Assembly (NCBI GenBank): GCA_937625935.1
Contig: OW569364.1
Location: forward strand, 186,001 to 250,000
Direction of reading: 5' to 3'
DNA length: 64,000 bases
Source: Tetramitus jugosus
Taxonomy: Eukaryota; Protista; Heterolobosea
The notes under the pieces are model-generated. The model was not told the DNA's origin, searched no databases, and saw nothing but the letters and a program-made list of their open reading frames with translations. This document shows positions 22,001 to 32,349 of this stretch, in pieces. Numbering within the stretch: the first letter of the stretch is position 1; each line of letters begins with the position of its first letter. A program made the position numbers and the translations under genes.

Positions 22001-24823
22001 TCCTTGACCCACGCTACTGAAATGACCAAACGAATTAATCTCATATGCATCTTCGACAGTGTCTCCATTGAAGGATCTCAATACAGCTGTATACCTGTTG
22101 GCAGAATTCGAAGAATCAGACTCTTGCTTAACAAACGCAATTTTAAGCATGGTATCACCTCTTGTTTTGCACAATTCATCCAATCCACTCACATATTGTC
22201 GATGTTCTTCACGGTTACGTTTCTTATCTTTGGGTGCTAATGTATGATGTTGTGTTGCTTTCTTCCAGACCTTGCGATCATAAAGCTGAGCACCACAAAC
22301 AAATGAAAACTTTTGCCTAACCAATGAGCGAACTTCTTCATCAGAGAGTTCTGGGTTTTGAAGGCGAAGTAAAATTGATAGTGCTTTGGGAATCTTCATG
22401 AAACCTTTGACAGTCCTGCTAACCGGTTGAAAGCGTTGTGATGCCCAGGAGCTAATCATGTCTTTAACAAATGTTGAGGTAGAAGAAGTGTGAATCTTAT
22501 GATTCGTTAAATCAATTCCAGCTAGAATTTTTGCTTCAACGTAGTCTAGTGTTGTTCGAAGACGGCTACCTGAAGGAAATTCCAACTCCTTGAAGCACTT
22601 CCAATCCTCAGGAGACCTCATGATGAGAGTTCTCAAAAAGCTAGAACCAGTATTACCAGGCTTCACTAGCTCCTCCCAACTGTAGAAAACCTTTTCTTTG
22701 AAGATTGGAGTAAAAACACACAAGCGCTTCATGTCTATCACTCTCGTGTTCTTTGTTGGCATTTTCATATATAAATTGTTCACAAACTTGATTAAATGAT
22801 GTCTGACTTCAGAATTCACAGGTCTCAGTTTAAGATCAGGTCTTTTTGTAATCTGGACCGAGAGAGAGTCAGTGTTCATCACATAAGAGAAACGTAGCTT
22901 CTCTGCTTTCGAGAGCTGGTGATTCTCAAAAAAGTCTTCTATGATTGCATTCCAAACCGTAGCAAAAGCACATTCGACAAGATCACTGTCCTTGGAGCTT
23001 TTGTGCCCTAAATTTGCTAATATCTTTGTTTGAAAATTATCAAGTATAAGTTTCTTATCGAAAAAACATCTTTGCAGATCAGTCCAAGAATTCACTCGAT
23101 TCACTCGCAAACAATAACCTCTAATGAATCCCATGACTCCAACCCAAATATTAATTAAGATAGGTGGTAAAATGGCACAGACAAAGAGAGTGGCAACCCA
23201 CAACAATAGGAAAGCGAGATATGACAGAACCATATTCACCCAATCTATTGTTTTCAATCCGTTGATGTTAATCTTTTTCCGAACAAGATCGAGAGTCAAA
23301 TCGATAGTAAATTTCGTCACATCCTTAATAGGCCCCAGTAGAACATATCTCATCGTAGCAATGTAGGAAGCTGAGACTAGAAAGATGAGTAGCAGAGAGT
23401 AAATGTGGTGCCAATGAAAGATCTTCAATAGATGTCCTGTTAGGAAATTGAAAAGGCAGAATCCTCTCTTCATCTCAAAATCTCTGTACAATGTATCTCG
23501 TCTGGGTATAGAGAAACGGTGAGAATGAAAACATGAAGGACTTGTCCAAAATAAGAATACTGTGTGATTGAGTAGAAAATATAGAGCCATGACTGCGATA
23601 GGAGCTCCAGCTATTCCCACATAAACATAATTCTGAACTTGAAAGTCGAACAACCACAGAAGCGCAACAGAGAGACATATCAACTGATAATAGACCGGTC
23701 GACTCCAGGTAGAAAAATATGTTATCAGGCCTCTCCAGCCAAACCAACCTCCAGCATGGTCAACATATGTCTTCCATCGACGAGTAAACTTGTTCTTTTG
23801 TTTCTCCAAATCCTTCCGCGATTTTTCATCCTTCTTAAGTTCTGCAATTTCCTCCAGGGTTACAGCCTTTAATAGAGGGTATTTCTCTAAGGCGAATGAT
23901 CTCTCAAATCCTCCAATCTCATACACCAGACCTTCACCTTTACTTTTAAGAAAATTCTGCACAAAACCAGGAGTCCAGCATAGGTCATTTATATCATCCC
24001 AATCGAAAAACTCATCGTTCCTCTTATGAACATCAAACATCTCAACCATGAGCAAATACAACTTTTTCGATTCTTGACGAACTAAAGCTCCTGCTGAACA
24101 AACAAGGGAATCCATCTCCTCTAATGGAGCAGCTTGTCTGTGACGGCAACTTCCAGTCGCAGAAAGAGTGATCATTGGTTTCGGGTGTTGAATAGAACTC
24201 GAGAGAGATGCATCATCCTGAAACAACCGCCCCATGTTATCTTCAGCAAACACTATTCCCAAAGAAACATGAAACAAAAGTAAGGAAACATGATTTTGAG
24301 TTCTTGCGATATCAATCTCTCCGAATACATTGAGCAACAGTAGCATGTCAGCAACTTTAAGTTTGGTGTCATTTTTAGGATGTGTTCTCTTCTTTTGCTT
24401 GCTTACAATACACCATTTCTTATACTCTCGTAGCATCTCCTTGTATGTACAGTTGACACTTCGCTCAAACATTTGCTCAAGCTCAGTATCTGTCACCACC
24501 TTTTCTTCAGTAGAAGTGGATCGCTTTCGAAAAGTGAAAGCCTTTGATGAAGACTCACTAATCTCCCAGTTGTCTAATAGTAAGTTTTTGAGGTGATTTC
24601 TTGCTTTGAGATCCACTTGTTTCTGGAAGCTCCACCAATCCGAGGTTACACAGCTAAGAGTTCTTTGAATTATTTCATCCTTTCTCTTTATGAAGTTAAT
24701 CACATTGTTAGAACTGTTTGGATGAGATTCTGCAAAGTCATCCAGAAGAAACGATTCCGATCTCTGACCAGAAGATAAATCCTCTTGAGCTGAAATATCG
24801 ATAACAATCTGCTCGGTTTGCAT
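19043..24823 (-). CDS. Beta-1,3-glucan/callose synthase (FKS-like, GT48)
   Basis: FKS1 domain-like DWDDINDLCW; GQGKPTNQ, QTVDCNMDN, RFHYGHPDV, SEDIFNG, YIEVGKARDV, KIAGG..SR; two TM clusters; intronless. Confidence 0.92.
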   Translation of the reverse strand: MQTEQIVIDISAQEDLSSGQRSESFLLDDFAESHPNSSNNVINFIKRKDEIIQRTLSCVTSDWWSFQKQVDLKARNHLKNLLLDNWEISESSSKAFTFRKRSTSTEEKVVTDTELEQMFERSVNCTYKEMLREYKKWCIVSKQKKRTHPKNDTKLKVADMLLLLNVFGEIDIARTQNHVSLLLFHVSLGIVFAEDNMGRLFQDDASLSSSIQHPKPMITLSATGSCRHRQAAPLEEMDSLVCSAGALVRQESKKLYLLMVEMFDVHKRNDEFFDWDDINDLCWTPGFVQNFLKSKGEGLVYEIGGFERSFALEKYPLLKAVTLEEIAELKKDEKSRKDLEKQKNKFTRRWKTYVDHAGGWFGWRGLITYFSTWSRPVYYQLICLSVALLWLFDFQVQNYVYVGIAGAPIAVMALYFLLNHTVFLFWTSPSCFHSHRFSIPRRDTLYRDFEMKRGFCLFNFLTGHLLKIFHWHHIYSLLLIFLVSASYIATMRYVLLGPIKDVTKFTIDLTLDLVRKKININGLKTIDWVNMVLSYLAFLLLWVATLFVCAILPPILINIWVGVMGFIRGYCLRVNRVNSWTDLQRCFFDKKLILDNFQTKILANLGHKSSKDSDLVECAFATVWNAIIEDFFENHQLSKAEKLRFSYVMNTDSLSVQITKRPDLKLRPVNSEVRHHLIKFVNNLYMKMPTKNTRVIDMKRLCVFTPIFKEKVFYSWEELVKPGNTGSSFLRTLIMRSPEDWKCFKELEFPSGSRLRTTLDYVEAKILAGIDLTNHKIHTSSTSTFVKDMISSWASQRFQPVSRTVKGFMKIPKALSILLRLQNPELSDEEVRSLVRQKFSFVCGAQLYDRKVWKKATQHHTLAPKDKKRNREEHRQYVSGLDELCKTRGDTMLKIAFVKQESDSSNSANRYTAVLRSFNGDTVEDAYEINSFGHFSSVGQGKPTNQGFMLQFFDGSFCQTVDCNMDNTLCQAFFVPNLMKEFDDPKVKMVGFPEFVFTKSWSRAGFAAAFTERVFGSLVQRVWSLLNLRFHYGHPDVMRGMFVMFTSGLSKLSYISEDIFNGFDVLLNNGTSKHVDYIEVGKARDVCMVSTTKFNRKIAGGGAQIACSRYASWILSSRHLTFTDKLLFCYSVLSHYSNTLIAVAAAFILYLCRDIVLIATFVVSKHLPKEGGSKLQVAMLDISKTLALFSDSVFLLQIGMALSVPGILQSILDRGVVRGVWEYINNFLWLLTYSLFQLMNTAFYFLFGFNQSAKYIASGRSHGLQHVSIIDSYRMFRSTHFIPAGLIILLSLVSVTTSKNYGFVVFHCFLVFVWLFSPFIFNSGSTPLDVSIAIWKQLYAEDLFRVKTWIRNRCKAKDVESIMQNNRSERHMGLEYDFMVGDESESTHLELDWESGYGYQEVSFSRSRAPYDLEFSFMQLQSSMLRDRNKPEPTKLKRRRRKKEKAIPETEAEPTIMTQPLVNYGKRRKLFHVLFKLPFRILRFLIRTIPKILLLFILFGTKLLSYFIIIYKAIAPWTSPPDYMQTYHDQYLSKITEIRLMNIQQLIAKVQSNVDQRRGNEMNRRVETYAPPNNNSGSLTIRCTEIEEQFNALNTSDPESYQQVMNLVTLSSRSTKKNLFPLYKNAFNRLKGSHVVRQICIDATSASYEPTSNSLISTLGLLYLVEEYDTFTTSVNEMIYKVNDVLACSDKTRFETASTYVTDVCKYMAVEQNHVLNHLLLSTNPMRNDLQKLCFNLLTIVTDQICKIIERRMTDAKSQFRAYLHHERSNKIFNPTHVNNVEHCSSCVMTSSLNQVMSGLRESLYLVDRLKDSHEAPLTNDTSFLEQMVNSIPLKCFGFKGSPRHEVLSNAMQEHVLKHVNSHNFDELRTECQDMLGYLERRRANVASCAHNSSSIEESSSSNQGIETSESNDSDSDRDDIIVSLP

Positions 24824-25089
24824 TAGGGCTTGGGTTCAATAGTAGTGATTATCTTTTGCTAACCATCCCGTCCTATGCTGCTTAAGCGAGTCGTGAATTG
24901 ATGGTTCTCCTCGTACAAATTCCTTCCGGGGACTTTTCTTTTTTTTAACTCGATTTCCCTTCTCCTTATTTTAGGTTGTATTGGCAAAAATTGTTATCAT
25001 AAGTTCCTTTCAAGAAAATCTCAAGTGATGGATGATATGTCAAATTGCGCAACTAATCATAACTTTCATCTATGAAACAGAATAGTTGT

Positions 25090-27846
25090 TTACTTTTTTC
25101 TAGACCTCTTTGTCGGACGTTCCTCTTCTTCTGTCTCGCTCTGATACTCATCATCCTCTGAAGCGTCATCAGCTGTTTCATTTCCGAATTCATACTCATC
25201 TTCTCCCTCTTCCGTGTCCATTGCCTCTTTGTCTTCATCGGAGATTCCCTCCGAGACATCAAGTAAGAGCTTGTGGTCATCATTATCATCCTGAATTTTC
25301 ACGAATGAAACAATGCCTTGCTCGTGAATAGCTTTATAAAGTACTGGATCAACAATCTGCACCTTGTCTATATTATCACCGCTCTCTGCTTCTTTAGCAA
25401 AAGTTTCACATATCGAATGATCAGGCTTGTAGTTGAACAACTGTTTTAACATATCCTTGCTAAATGCAGCCTTGGTTGTCTTTTCATCCACAACAGTCTT
25501 GCTTAAACCAGTTTTCACAATTTGTCTCTGAAATATCTTTTCTTCGATTGTACCAGTTGTAACGAATCGATAAATGAAAACATCCTTCTTCTGCCCATCT
25601 CTCCACACACGAGCCATTGCCTGAAGATCGTTTGATGGATTCCAATCAGGATCAAATAGAATTAAACGATTCGCACCAATAATGTTCAATCCAGCTCCTC
25701 CTGCCTTGGAACTGAGGAGGAAAATAAAATCATTAGATTTTGGATTGTTGTAAGACTCGACAATCTGCATTCTTTTGTCAGACGCTGTAGATCCATCCAA
25801 TCTCACCCATGTGTAATCCCGCAAACTGCACAAACTTTCAATCTGATTCAAAATAGATGTAAAGTTGGATACGACGACAATACGATCACCTGTCTTCTTA
25901 ACCTTCTTAAGAACACAATCTAAAATCTTCATCTTGCCAGACACTGTTGGATCAAATGGATCCATGGAATACTCCTCTGGGAAACAATCAAGGCAATGTC
26001 CCCATTGGTCTCTGAAGTTGTCCATTGAGTCATCATCTCCCTCTTCGTAATTCTCATCAGATAACTTCTTGTAGATCATATCAGGATGCGTTAAAAGTTT
26101 CTTTAGGTTCTGTATGCAAGAGAGAGCGTTCTGGGTGCTGATACTTCCATTCTGTCCAACAAACATTTTTGCCATATACTTTGATTTTAAGAATTTGCTG
26201 TACAAAGTCTCTTGTAACTCTGCCATCTGACAAAACACCACAAACTCGTGCTTTGGTGGCAAATGAGCTTTTAGAACATCGTTGGTTCTTCTGAGAACAA
26301 ATGAATTAATGATTCTGGTTAACTCTTGGAAACGACGCATACCCATTGACTTCTGTGAGGCTGTGGCCGATGGCTCTCTGCTCAAGTTGATTGGATCGGT
26401 AAACAAACTCTTAAATCCTGCAGGTTCACCCAATATTCCAGGATTCAAAAAATCTGCAATACAATAAAACTCTGCCAAATCATTTTGAATTGGAGTACCA
26501 CTCAGCACAATTCGCTTTGGTGTTCCAACCTGCTTCAGTGCCTTGAAAATTTGATTGTTCGAGTTCTTCAATTTGTGACCCTCATCACAAATTAATAAAT
26601 CACATTTTGTATCCTTGAGTAGTGATGCATAATTTGTGCATAAATTGTATGAAATGATCATGACCTGCTTATGACCCGTTGCGAACTCTGATATCGTATC
26701 CTCGGGCCCCTTCTTACCGGCCTTTGCTGTACAACACATTGGCTTTACTCGCTCATCACCTAACCATTTTTGAATTTCTCTTCTCCAATTCTGCACCAGC
26801 GACGAATTGGTCACAATGATCACTTTTTTCAACACAGGTGAATAGTAAGGCCCACGAGACAGTAGTGTCCATATCAACGCAATGGATTGAAGTGTTTTGC
26901 CCAATCCCATCTCATCAGCCAACAAGCATCCGTACCCTGTGTTCTTAATACCCATAATACAGTCATACATGAACTGAATACCCTCCACCTGATGCGGTCT
27001 CAATAATTGTGACAAATGGGAATCAATGTACACGGGATACATGTATTTGCCGTTTGAATCCGTTTCTGGATGACCAGTATTCAGTACATAAGATCCCTGG
27101 GGTACCTTGACATTCTTTTTCGCATTGTTTACTCCCAAGCCTCCAGTTTGCACTGAATTCGCATCGTGAGCCTTAAATTTCGATGCTGCCGCAGGACTCG
27201 GCTTCTTGACTCGAGAGCTAGACTCCTTGCTCAATGGTTTTTTCATTGATGTTGGCAAAAATACTCTTCCACTCGAATATTCCTCATAAGCGATCTTGTT
27301 CATCATTTCACATTCCTTTGTACCAATAACAATCACATGTCCCTCTCTCAAATCATTCAATGTGTTTGGTACTAATCGATTTATCACAACCTTACCATTA
27401 GAATCATGCAAAATATATCTCTTCTTCAGAACGAGCAACACTCCATCATCATACGACTTGTGTTTCTTGTTGCTAGTTTTGCAGAACATGACACTCCAGA
27501 CTTCACCAGTCTCTTCACCGTCTGCCGACTCTTTGTCATCATTTTTGGTCGTGCTTGACGATGATGACGATTGATTCTTACTTGATGTTGTGTTCGGTGG
27601 AAGCTTGGAGGAATTGATCATTGTGGGAGGCTTGAACTTTCTCTTGAGAGAGTCAGATGGTTTAGCTCCACTACTGGTTGTCTTTTGTGATGAGTCTTGC
27701 GTCGTTGTTGAGCCATTGTTATCAATTTCCTTGTCATTTGCTTGTTTGTTGATGGTTTGGGATGATGATGCTTTCGTTGCAATCACTACAGGCTTTGGGA
27801 GCAGATCCTTGTTCGCAAGAGGAGGAATAAACTTTTTGCGAACCAT
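25090..27846 (-). CDS. RAD54B: SNF2-family DNA translocase RAD54B/Rdh54
   Basis: LADEMGLGKT, DEGH, SGTPIQNDL, LLSSKAGG, QAMARVWRDGQ; N-terminal KKHKSYDDGVL typical of RAD54B/Rdh54; ATG at 27846. Confidence 0.9.
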   Translation of the reverse strand: MVRKKFIPPLANKDLLPKPVVIATKASSSQTINKQANDKEIDNNGSTTTQDSSQKTTSSGAKPSDSLKRKFKPPTMINSSKLPPNTTSSKNQSSSSSSTTKNDDKESADGEETGEVWSVMFCKTSNKKHKSYDDGVLLVLKKRYILHDSNGKVVINRLVPNTLNDLREGHVIVIGTKECEMMNKIAYEEYSSGRVFLPTSMKKPLSKESSSRVKKPSPAAASKFKAHDANSVQTGGLGVNNAKKNVKVPQGSYVLNTGHPETDSNGKYMYPVYIDSHLSQLLRPHQVEGIQFMYDCIMGIKNTGYGCLLADEMGLGKTLQSIALIWTLLSRGPYYSPVLKKVIIVTNSSLVQNWRREIQKWLGDERVKPMCCTAKAGKKGPEDTISEFATGHKQVMIISYNLCTNYASLLKDTKCDLLICDEGHKLKNSNNQIFKALKQVGTPKRIVLSGTPIQNDLAEFYCIADFLNPGILGEPAGFKSLFTDPINLSREPSATASQKSMGMRRFQELTRIINSFVLRRTNDVLKAHLPPKHEFVVFCQMAELQETLYSKFLKSKYMAKMFVGQNGSISTQNALSCIQNLKKLLTHPDMIYKKLSDENYEEGDDDSMDNFRDQWGHCLDCFPEEYSMDPFDPTVSGKMKILDCVLKKVKKTGDRIVVVSNFTSILNQIESLCSLRDYTWVRLDGSTASDKRMQIVESYNNPKSNDFIFLLSSKAGGAGLNIIGANRLILFDPDWNPSNDLQAMARVWRDGQKKDVFIYRFVTTGTIEEKIFQRQIVKTGLSKTVVDEKTTKAAFSKDMLKQLFNYKPDHSICETFAKEAESGDNIDKVQIVDPVLYKAIHEQGIVSFVKIQDDNDDHKLLLDVSEGISDEDKEAMDTEEGEDEYEFGNETADDASEDDEYQSETEEEERPTKRSRKK

Positions 27847-27960
27847 TTGAGATGTACAAGTTGATTGTGCTCCTGCTATGTTTGTTTTGTATTTTGTTCT
27901 GCTCTGTTCGTTGTTGCTTGTGGAGAGTGAGAAACTTCTCGCTTTTTCTCGAACCACTTT

Positions 27961-27976
27961 TTTTCTCGCGCCAAAA
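27961..27976 (-). promoter_or_regulatory. E2F-type binding site TTTTGGCGCGAGAAAA
   Basis: Contains the TTTSSCGC consensus in a near-palindrome about 115 bp upstream of the RAD54B ATG. Confidence 0.5.
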
Positions 27977-28429
27977 AACACATCTGTCGTAGAACAGCTG
28001 CCAATTTCACCTGTCAACAGTCAGACAACCCTGTCGGAACAATCATTTTCGCCTTTTGTTTCTTGTTGTTGACAAATCCCAACACAACAACGACATCAAC
28101 ATCCTCACCGAATTCGACCACAATCATCAAACGACTGATAATTGCACAGTGGCTGAGAGGATAACCCATTGTTCAACTTGAAAAAATACAGAGCTTTCGT
28201 GTCATCAACACAAACGTTTGAACGAATCCCCTTCTGTTGGCGACAAAAAATCAGCTTCTTGCCAACACAATATTGAAAAAACTTGCGAACTTGTTTGACA
28301 TCATCACTCCAATACCCAACCAACAAACCAACATCCAAACTACATACTGCTCTCCTTTTCTTTTTAAAATATAATCGAGTCCAACAACAACAACAACAAC
28401 AACAAACATAGAGAACAACAGTAACAACA

Positions 28430-29899
28430 ATGAACATTGCAACGCACCATTTTCAAATACCTCAAACCAAATCCATCTCACTCGAAAAATGGATCGACAT
28501 GAAAAGTTTGAGCACAGAGATGAAGCTCGTCATCAAAAAAGGAACCGAAATGAGAGACATTATCGTCAAGTGTCTCTCTGGTCACGCACCCAGCACGGCC
28601 AACACCTCTCTCAATCATCATCGAACCACCATCATGAAACAACTCGACCTCAAAAACAAGTACAAGTACACCATCAAGTGCATTGAGAATTATTTGCCGT
28701 ACATGCACCAGTTTGTGAACACGTTGGAACTGCAGAGAACAAAAAACCCCAGTTTGAAACTACCATCGTCAAAGACCAACACATTCTCATGGACCAGTGG
28801 TCTCGCGTCCGATCATGAAAAATCAAGGAGTGTCATGACATCGTTAACATCGTCTTCTCACTCCAAGAGCAAGAAGATGCAGAGCTCAAACGAAAAATTC
28901 GAATGTATCATGATATTGTACACGTATGTCTACTGCATGTGCAACTATGTGGCACAGTGTAATTATTTGAAGAATCAATCGTTGGCAACCATGACCAATA
29001 CCAATCCACAACAACAACAATCTCAATTGACATCTAAAAATCAAGATTATGCTGCTTCGAATGGTGGAGGCAATGGAAGTGGAGAACAACCACGCAGCAA
29101 CGAATATGACGAAGAGATGAGAGAGTGTTCCGTATTCTTGCGAAAAGCCTATGGTGTGTTGCAGCACATTCAACAGACGTACTTGTGTGATGCGGATCGG
29201 TTGTTGGACGAGTTGAATCATCACAGCAGTCACTCCACAAATCATCAAAACAGTCATCATGGTGGTGGTGTTCACAAGACGTCAAACAGTGATTCGATCC
29301 GAATACCTGAATTGTCACTGTTCAGTTGTGAATCTGTACAATATTATTGTTTGGGAATTGGTCAATTGATTGCCATTCAAGCAGCCATCATATCAGAGGC
29401 ATACACATCGACTGCTCTCTCGAGGCTCTGTGTACAAGCAGTGCAATTGTTTGACTCTGCTAGGCAGTGTTCGGATCAAGCTGTCAAACAAGCAAGATTC
29501 TCGGATAACTTTCGAATACTCGCAACGAATTATAGGTTACTGTATCGTGCATTGACTCTCCAGTACTTGGCCAGAGATGAGAACAAGAAGGAGAATAGTG
29601 GCGTCGCTGTCATGCTCATCTGTATTGCCAGTAGACAATTAGATGAGATGAACGTGTTCCAACAAGTTCATATCAAGAGTGCCGGTATCGTTTTGCACGA
29701 CTTTGACTTGTTGACATCATATGTAAAGGAAGTCCAAATGGAAACCAAGAGACTTGAACAGAGATACGAAAGAGAAAACCGAACTGTGTTCCGTCAGGCA
29801 ATACCGGACACATCAATACTGTCTGTAATGATCCCTGAAGGTGTTTTGATTCCACAGGCAATACCATTCCAACTCCCAAAGAATAAAGCCCTGTTGTAA
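28430..29899 (+). CDS. BRO1-domain protein (BROX-like)
   Basis: FSWTSGL, FECIMILY, LRKAYGVLQHI, PELS, GVAV and C-terminal RYERENRTVFRQAIP pattern. Confidence 0.8.
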   Translation: MNIATHHFQIPQTKSISLEKWIDMKSLSTEMKLVIKKGTEMRDIIVKCLSGHAPSTANTSLNHHRTTIMKQLDLKNKYKYTIKCIENYLPYMHQFVNTLELQRTKNPSLKLPSSKTNTFSWTSGLASDHEKSRSVMTSLTSSSHSKSKKMQSSNEKFECIMILYTYVYCMCNYVAQCNYLKNQSLATMTNTNPQQQQSQLTSKNQDYAASNGGGNGSGEQPRSNEYDEEMRECSVFLRKAYGVLQHIQQTYLCDADRLLDELNHHSSHSTNHQNSHHGGGVHKTSNSDSIRIPELSLFSCESVQYYCLGIGQLIAIQAAIISEAYTSTALSRLCVQAVQLFDSARQCSDQAVKQARFSDNFRILATNYRLLYRALTLQYLARDENKKENSGVAVMLICIASRQLDEMNVFQQVHIKSAGIVLHDFDLLTSYVKEVQMETKRLEQRYERENRTVFRQAIPDTSILSVMIPEGVLIPQAIPFQLPKNKALL

Positions 29900-29985
29900 G
29901 CATTGTATGATTTTATCCCTCTTCATTCGCTTGTCCTAGCCTACCACGAAACCCGTGCTCTTCCAAAAAACAAGAAGACAAGAGT

Positions 29986-30699
29986 ATGATACGAGCGAGT
30001 GGATGGAAAATACTGCCAAGGTTGAACAGATCAACAATCCAGAGAACTCTCTGCCAGGCAACAAATGTTCACCAAGTGCATTCCTTCAACTCTGGCCATG
30101 TTCAAATTAATCATCCATGCAAAATCCATCAACAAAAACAACATCAACCAAGAGATCAAGCATCATCACGATTCATGAGCACCACATCTCAAGCACCAAA
30201 GCAGTACAGAAACCCTTCACTCACCACAGATGCCATTGTCGTTCGAAGTCAGCAAACAACAACTGACCAGAAAGAAGGATTCGAAATCTTGTTGATCAAG
30301 AGAAAGAATGATCCGTTCAAAGGACATTATGCTTTCCCCGGCGGTTTTGTGGACTACGGAGAGGACCCAGAAAAGGGAGTCCTTAGAGAGCTCAAAGAAG
30401 AAACAAATTTGACTGGTGAACCGTTGGTCCATTTGATTGCAGTCCAAGGAGATCCAAACAGAGACAAGAGAAAGCACGTTGTTACGATTGCGTATGCTGT
30501 TCAGGTCTCGTCGGAACACTTGAAGGAACTACAGTTTGGAGATGACGCAGCAGATGCAGGCTTCTTTCCCTTGAATAGTGTGCTGTCCAATGAGAACAAT
30601 GAGTATGACTTGGCGTTTGATCACCGCGAGATTCTCAACAAGTACTATCAATGGTTCAATGAAAAGGGTCAAAAGCTACTATTCAACAGCAGTAAGTAG
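29986..30699 (+). CDS. Nudix hydrolase (ADP-ribose pyrophosphatase-like), probably mitochondrial
   Basis: Nudix box GGFVDYGEDPEKGVLRELKEETNL; DPNRDKR, GDDA and LAFDH motifs; presequence-like N-terminus. Confidence 0.93.
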   Translation: MIRASGWKILPRLNRSTIQRTLCQATNVHQVHSFNSGHVQINHPCKIHQQKQHQPRDQASSRFMSTTSQAPKQYRNPSLTTDAIVVRSQQTTTDQKEGFEILLIKRKNDPFKGHYAFPGGFVDYGEDPEKGVLRELKEETNLTGEPLVHLIAVQGDPNRDKRKHVVTIAYAVQVSSEHLKELQFGDDAADAGFFPLNSVLSNENNEYDLAFDHREILNKYYQWFNEKGQKLLFNSSK

Positions 30700-30878
30700 T
30701 AGCAGCGACCGACAAAAAGAACAATAACAAGCACACCCATCGTGAAAAAAACTCTATGATGTATATTGAAACTTTCGCAATAATCTAATATATATTTTTC
30801 TGTTGTTGTTGTTGTCGGTAAGTAAGGAAGGTTGAAAGGAGCTTTGGAGGGAGGGATAGTAAGAGAGTCACAATCGTC

Positions 30879-32032
30879 TTAGCATATGATACACTTCTTT
30901 TTCTGTTGAGGCTTAGGCTTGTCACCTTTGTTGGCACTGTCTGCGTTGTTGCTGTTTGCTTCCTCTCGCTTCTTCTTGTCCAACACTATCTTCTCTACAA
31001 TCTTGTGGAAACATTCATCAATGTTCCTTCTCTCCTTGGCCGATGTCTCCAAATACTCACACTTCCAACCTTTGCACAACTCCAAAGCTTCTTGCGAGTT
31101 GACCACCTTCAAGTTATCGGCCAAATCGCTCTTGTTTCCCGCCATCATCAGAGGCGGGAAATCATTATCCTTGCTTCTCGTAATTTGTCGGTGGAAATCG
31201 GACAATTCTTGGAATGACTTCCTGTTGGAGAGATCGAACACGAGCAAGAATCCATCAGCTGTTCGCATATATTCGTCTCTTAGGGCCTTGTATTCCTCCT
31301 GACCGGCAGTATCTAGAATATCAAGCATAATCATAGTGTCCATGACCTTGAGTTGCTTTTGATAAGAATCTTCAATGGTAGGATCTAATAAATAAATACG
31401 AATTGGTGTGTGTTGTGTTAGCATTCATTGAATGTTTCATGTTGTTTTTTTGTTGAATGTGTTGTTTGTTTGTTTGTTGTGTGTTGGCAGTAGCTATAAG
31501 GCAGTAGCAGTAGCAATTCGTCATCCTGTGTCGATTATTTTCAAGAAATAATAATTTGCTAGTAAAACTTTCACTTTCTGATGATGATGATGATTATTAT
31601 CTCATTATTATGTTCATTATGATTATGATTTGATTCATTGTGTGCTCGTTGATGTTGTGTGTTGCAGTCATTTCTTTTGGCGCTTTTTCCCCTCTCAGAA
31701 CAATACTGCATCTTCCACTATAGTTGATGATTCGAGTCATGACAACACATGTATCGTTCGTTTTGGATGCTGTTGTTATGATTGCTATGGTTGCTGCAAC
31801 CACCATTTGATTTTTACTTTGAAAAAATCACTACCACTACTACCAGCACCACCAAACTCAAATCTTTACAACAACAACAATAACAAAATAGAAGAAAGAA
31901 CATCATTGGCAAACAAACAAACATACCCCAAGTTTCCATGAATTGATTTTGAACAAATTGAATCGTCAGACAACTCTTTCCGACACCTCCGCCACCGACA
32001 ACGGCAATCTTCAAATTGACAATGTTGGCCAT
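30879..32032 (-). CDS. Ras-family small GTPase, 2 exons (32032-31927, 31384-30879)
   Basis: GGGGVGKS, WDPTIEDSY across intron 31926-31385 (GTATGT..TGCTAAC..TAG), DTAGQEE, NKSD, ETSAK, C-terminal KKKCIIC. Confidence 0.95.
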
Positions 32033-32319
32033 GATTTTATTTATTTGATATTATAGTTTGTTGTTGAATTCGTTGAAGGAATTGATGTTTTTTTGTTTGT
32101 TGTGTGTGTGATAATAATGTACAGCAGTTCTGCCAATAAAACCAAATTTTGGGGTATCGTTCGTTTTTTTGGGACTTTGGCAGTTCGGTGCAACTGTGAG
32201 GTCCTAAACCAAGATTGGAGGTGATGGTTGAAGAGGGGTGTTTTTCGGTGTGTGGGCGGAAAAGTTCTCCGTCAGTTCAAGGAAACTCGTGATTCGTCCA
32301 AGGCAGTTTTGGGATTTTG

Positions 32320-32349
32320 TGACAGCCTGAGATGACAGACAGGTGACAG
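32320..32349 (+). promoter_or_regulatory. Cluster of three TGACAG motifs (TALE-homeodomain-type sites)
   Basis: TGACAG at 32320, 32333 and 32344 in the Ras/14-3-3 divergent spacer; function inferred. Confidence 0.4.
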
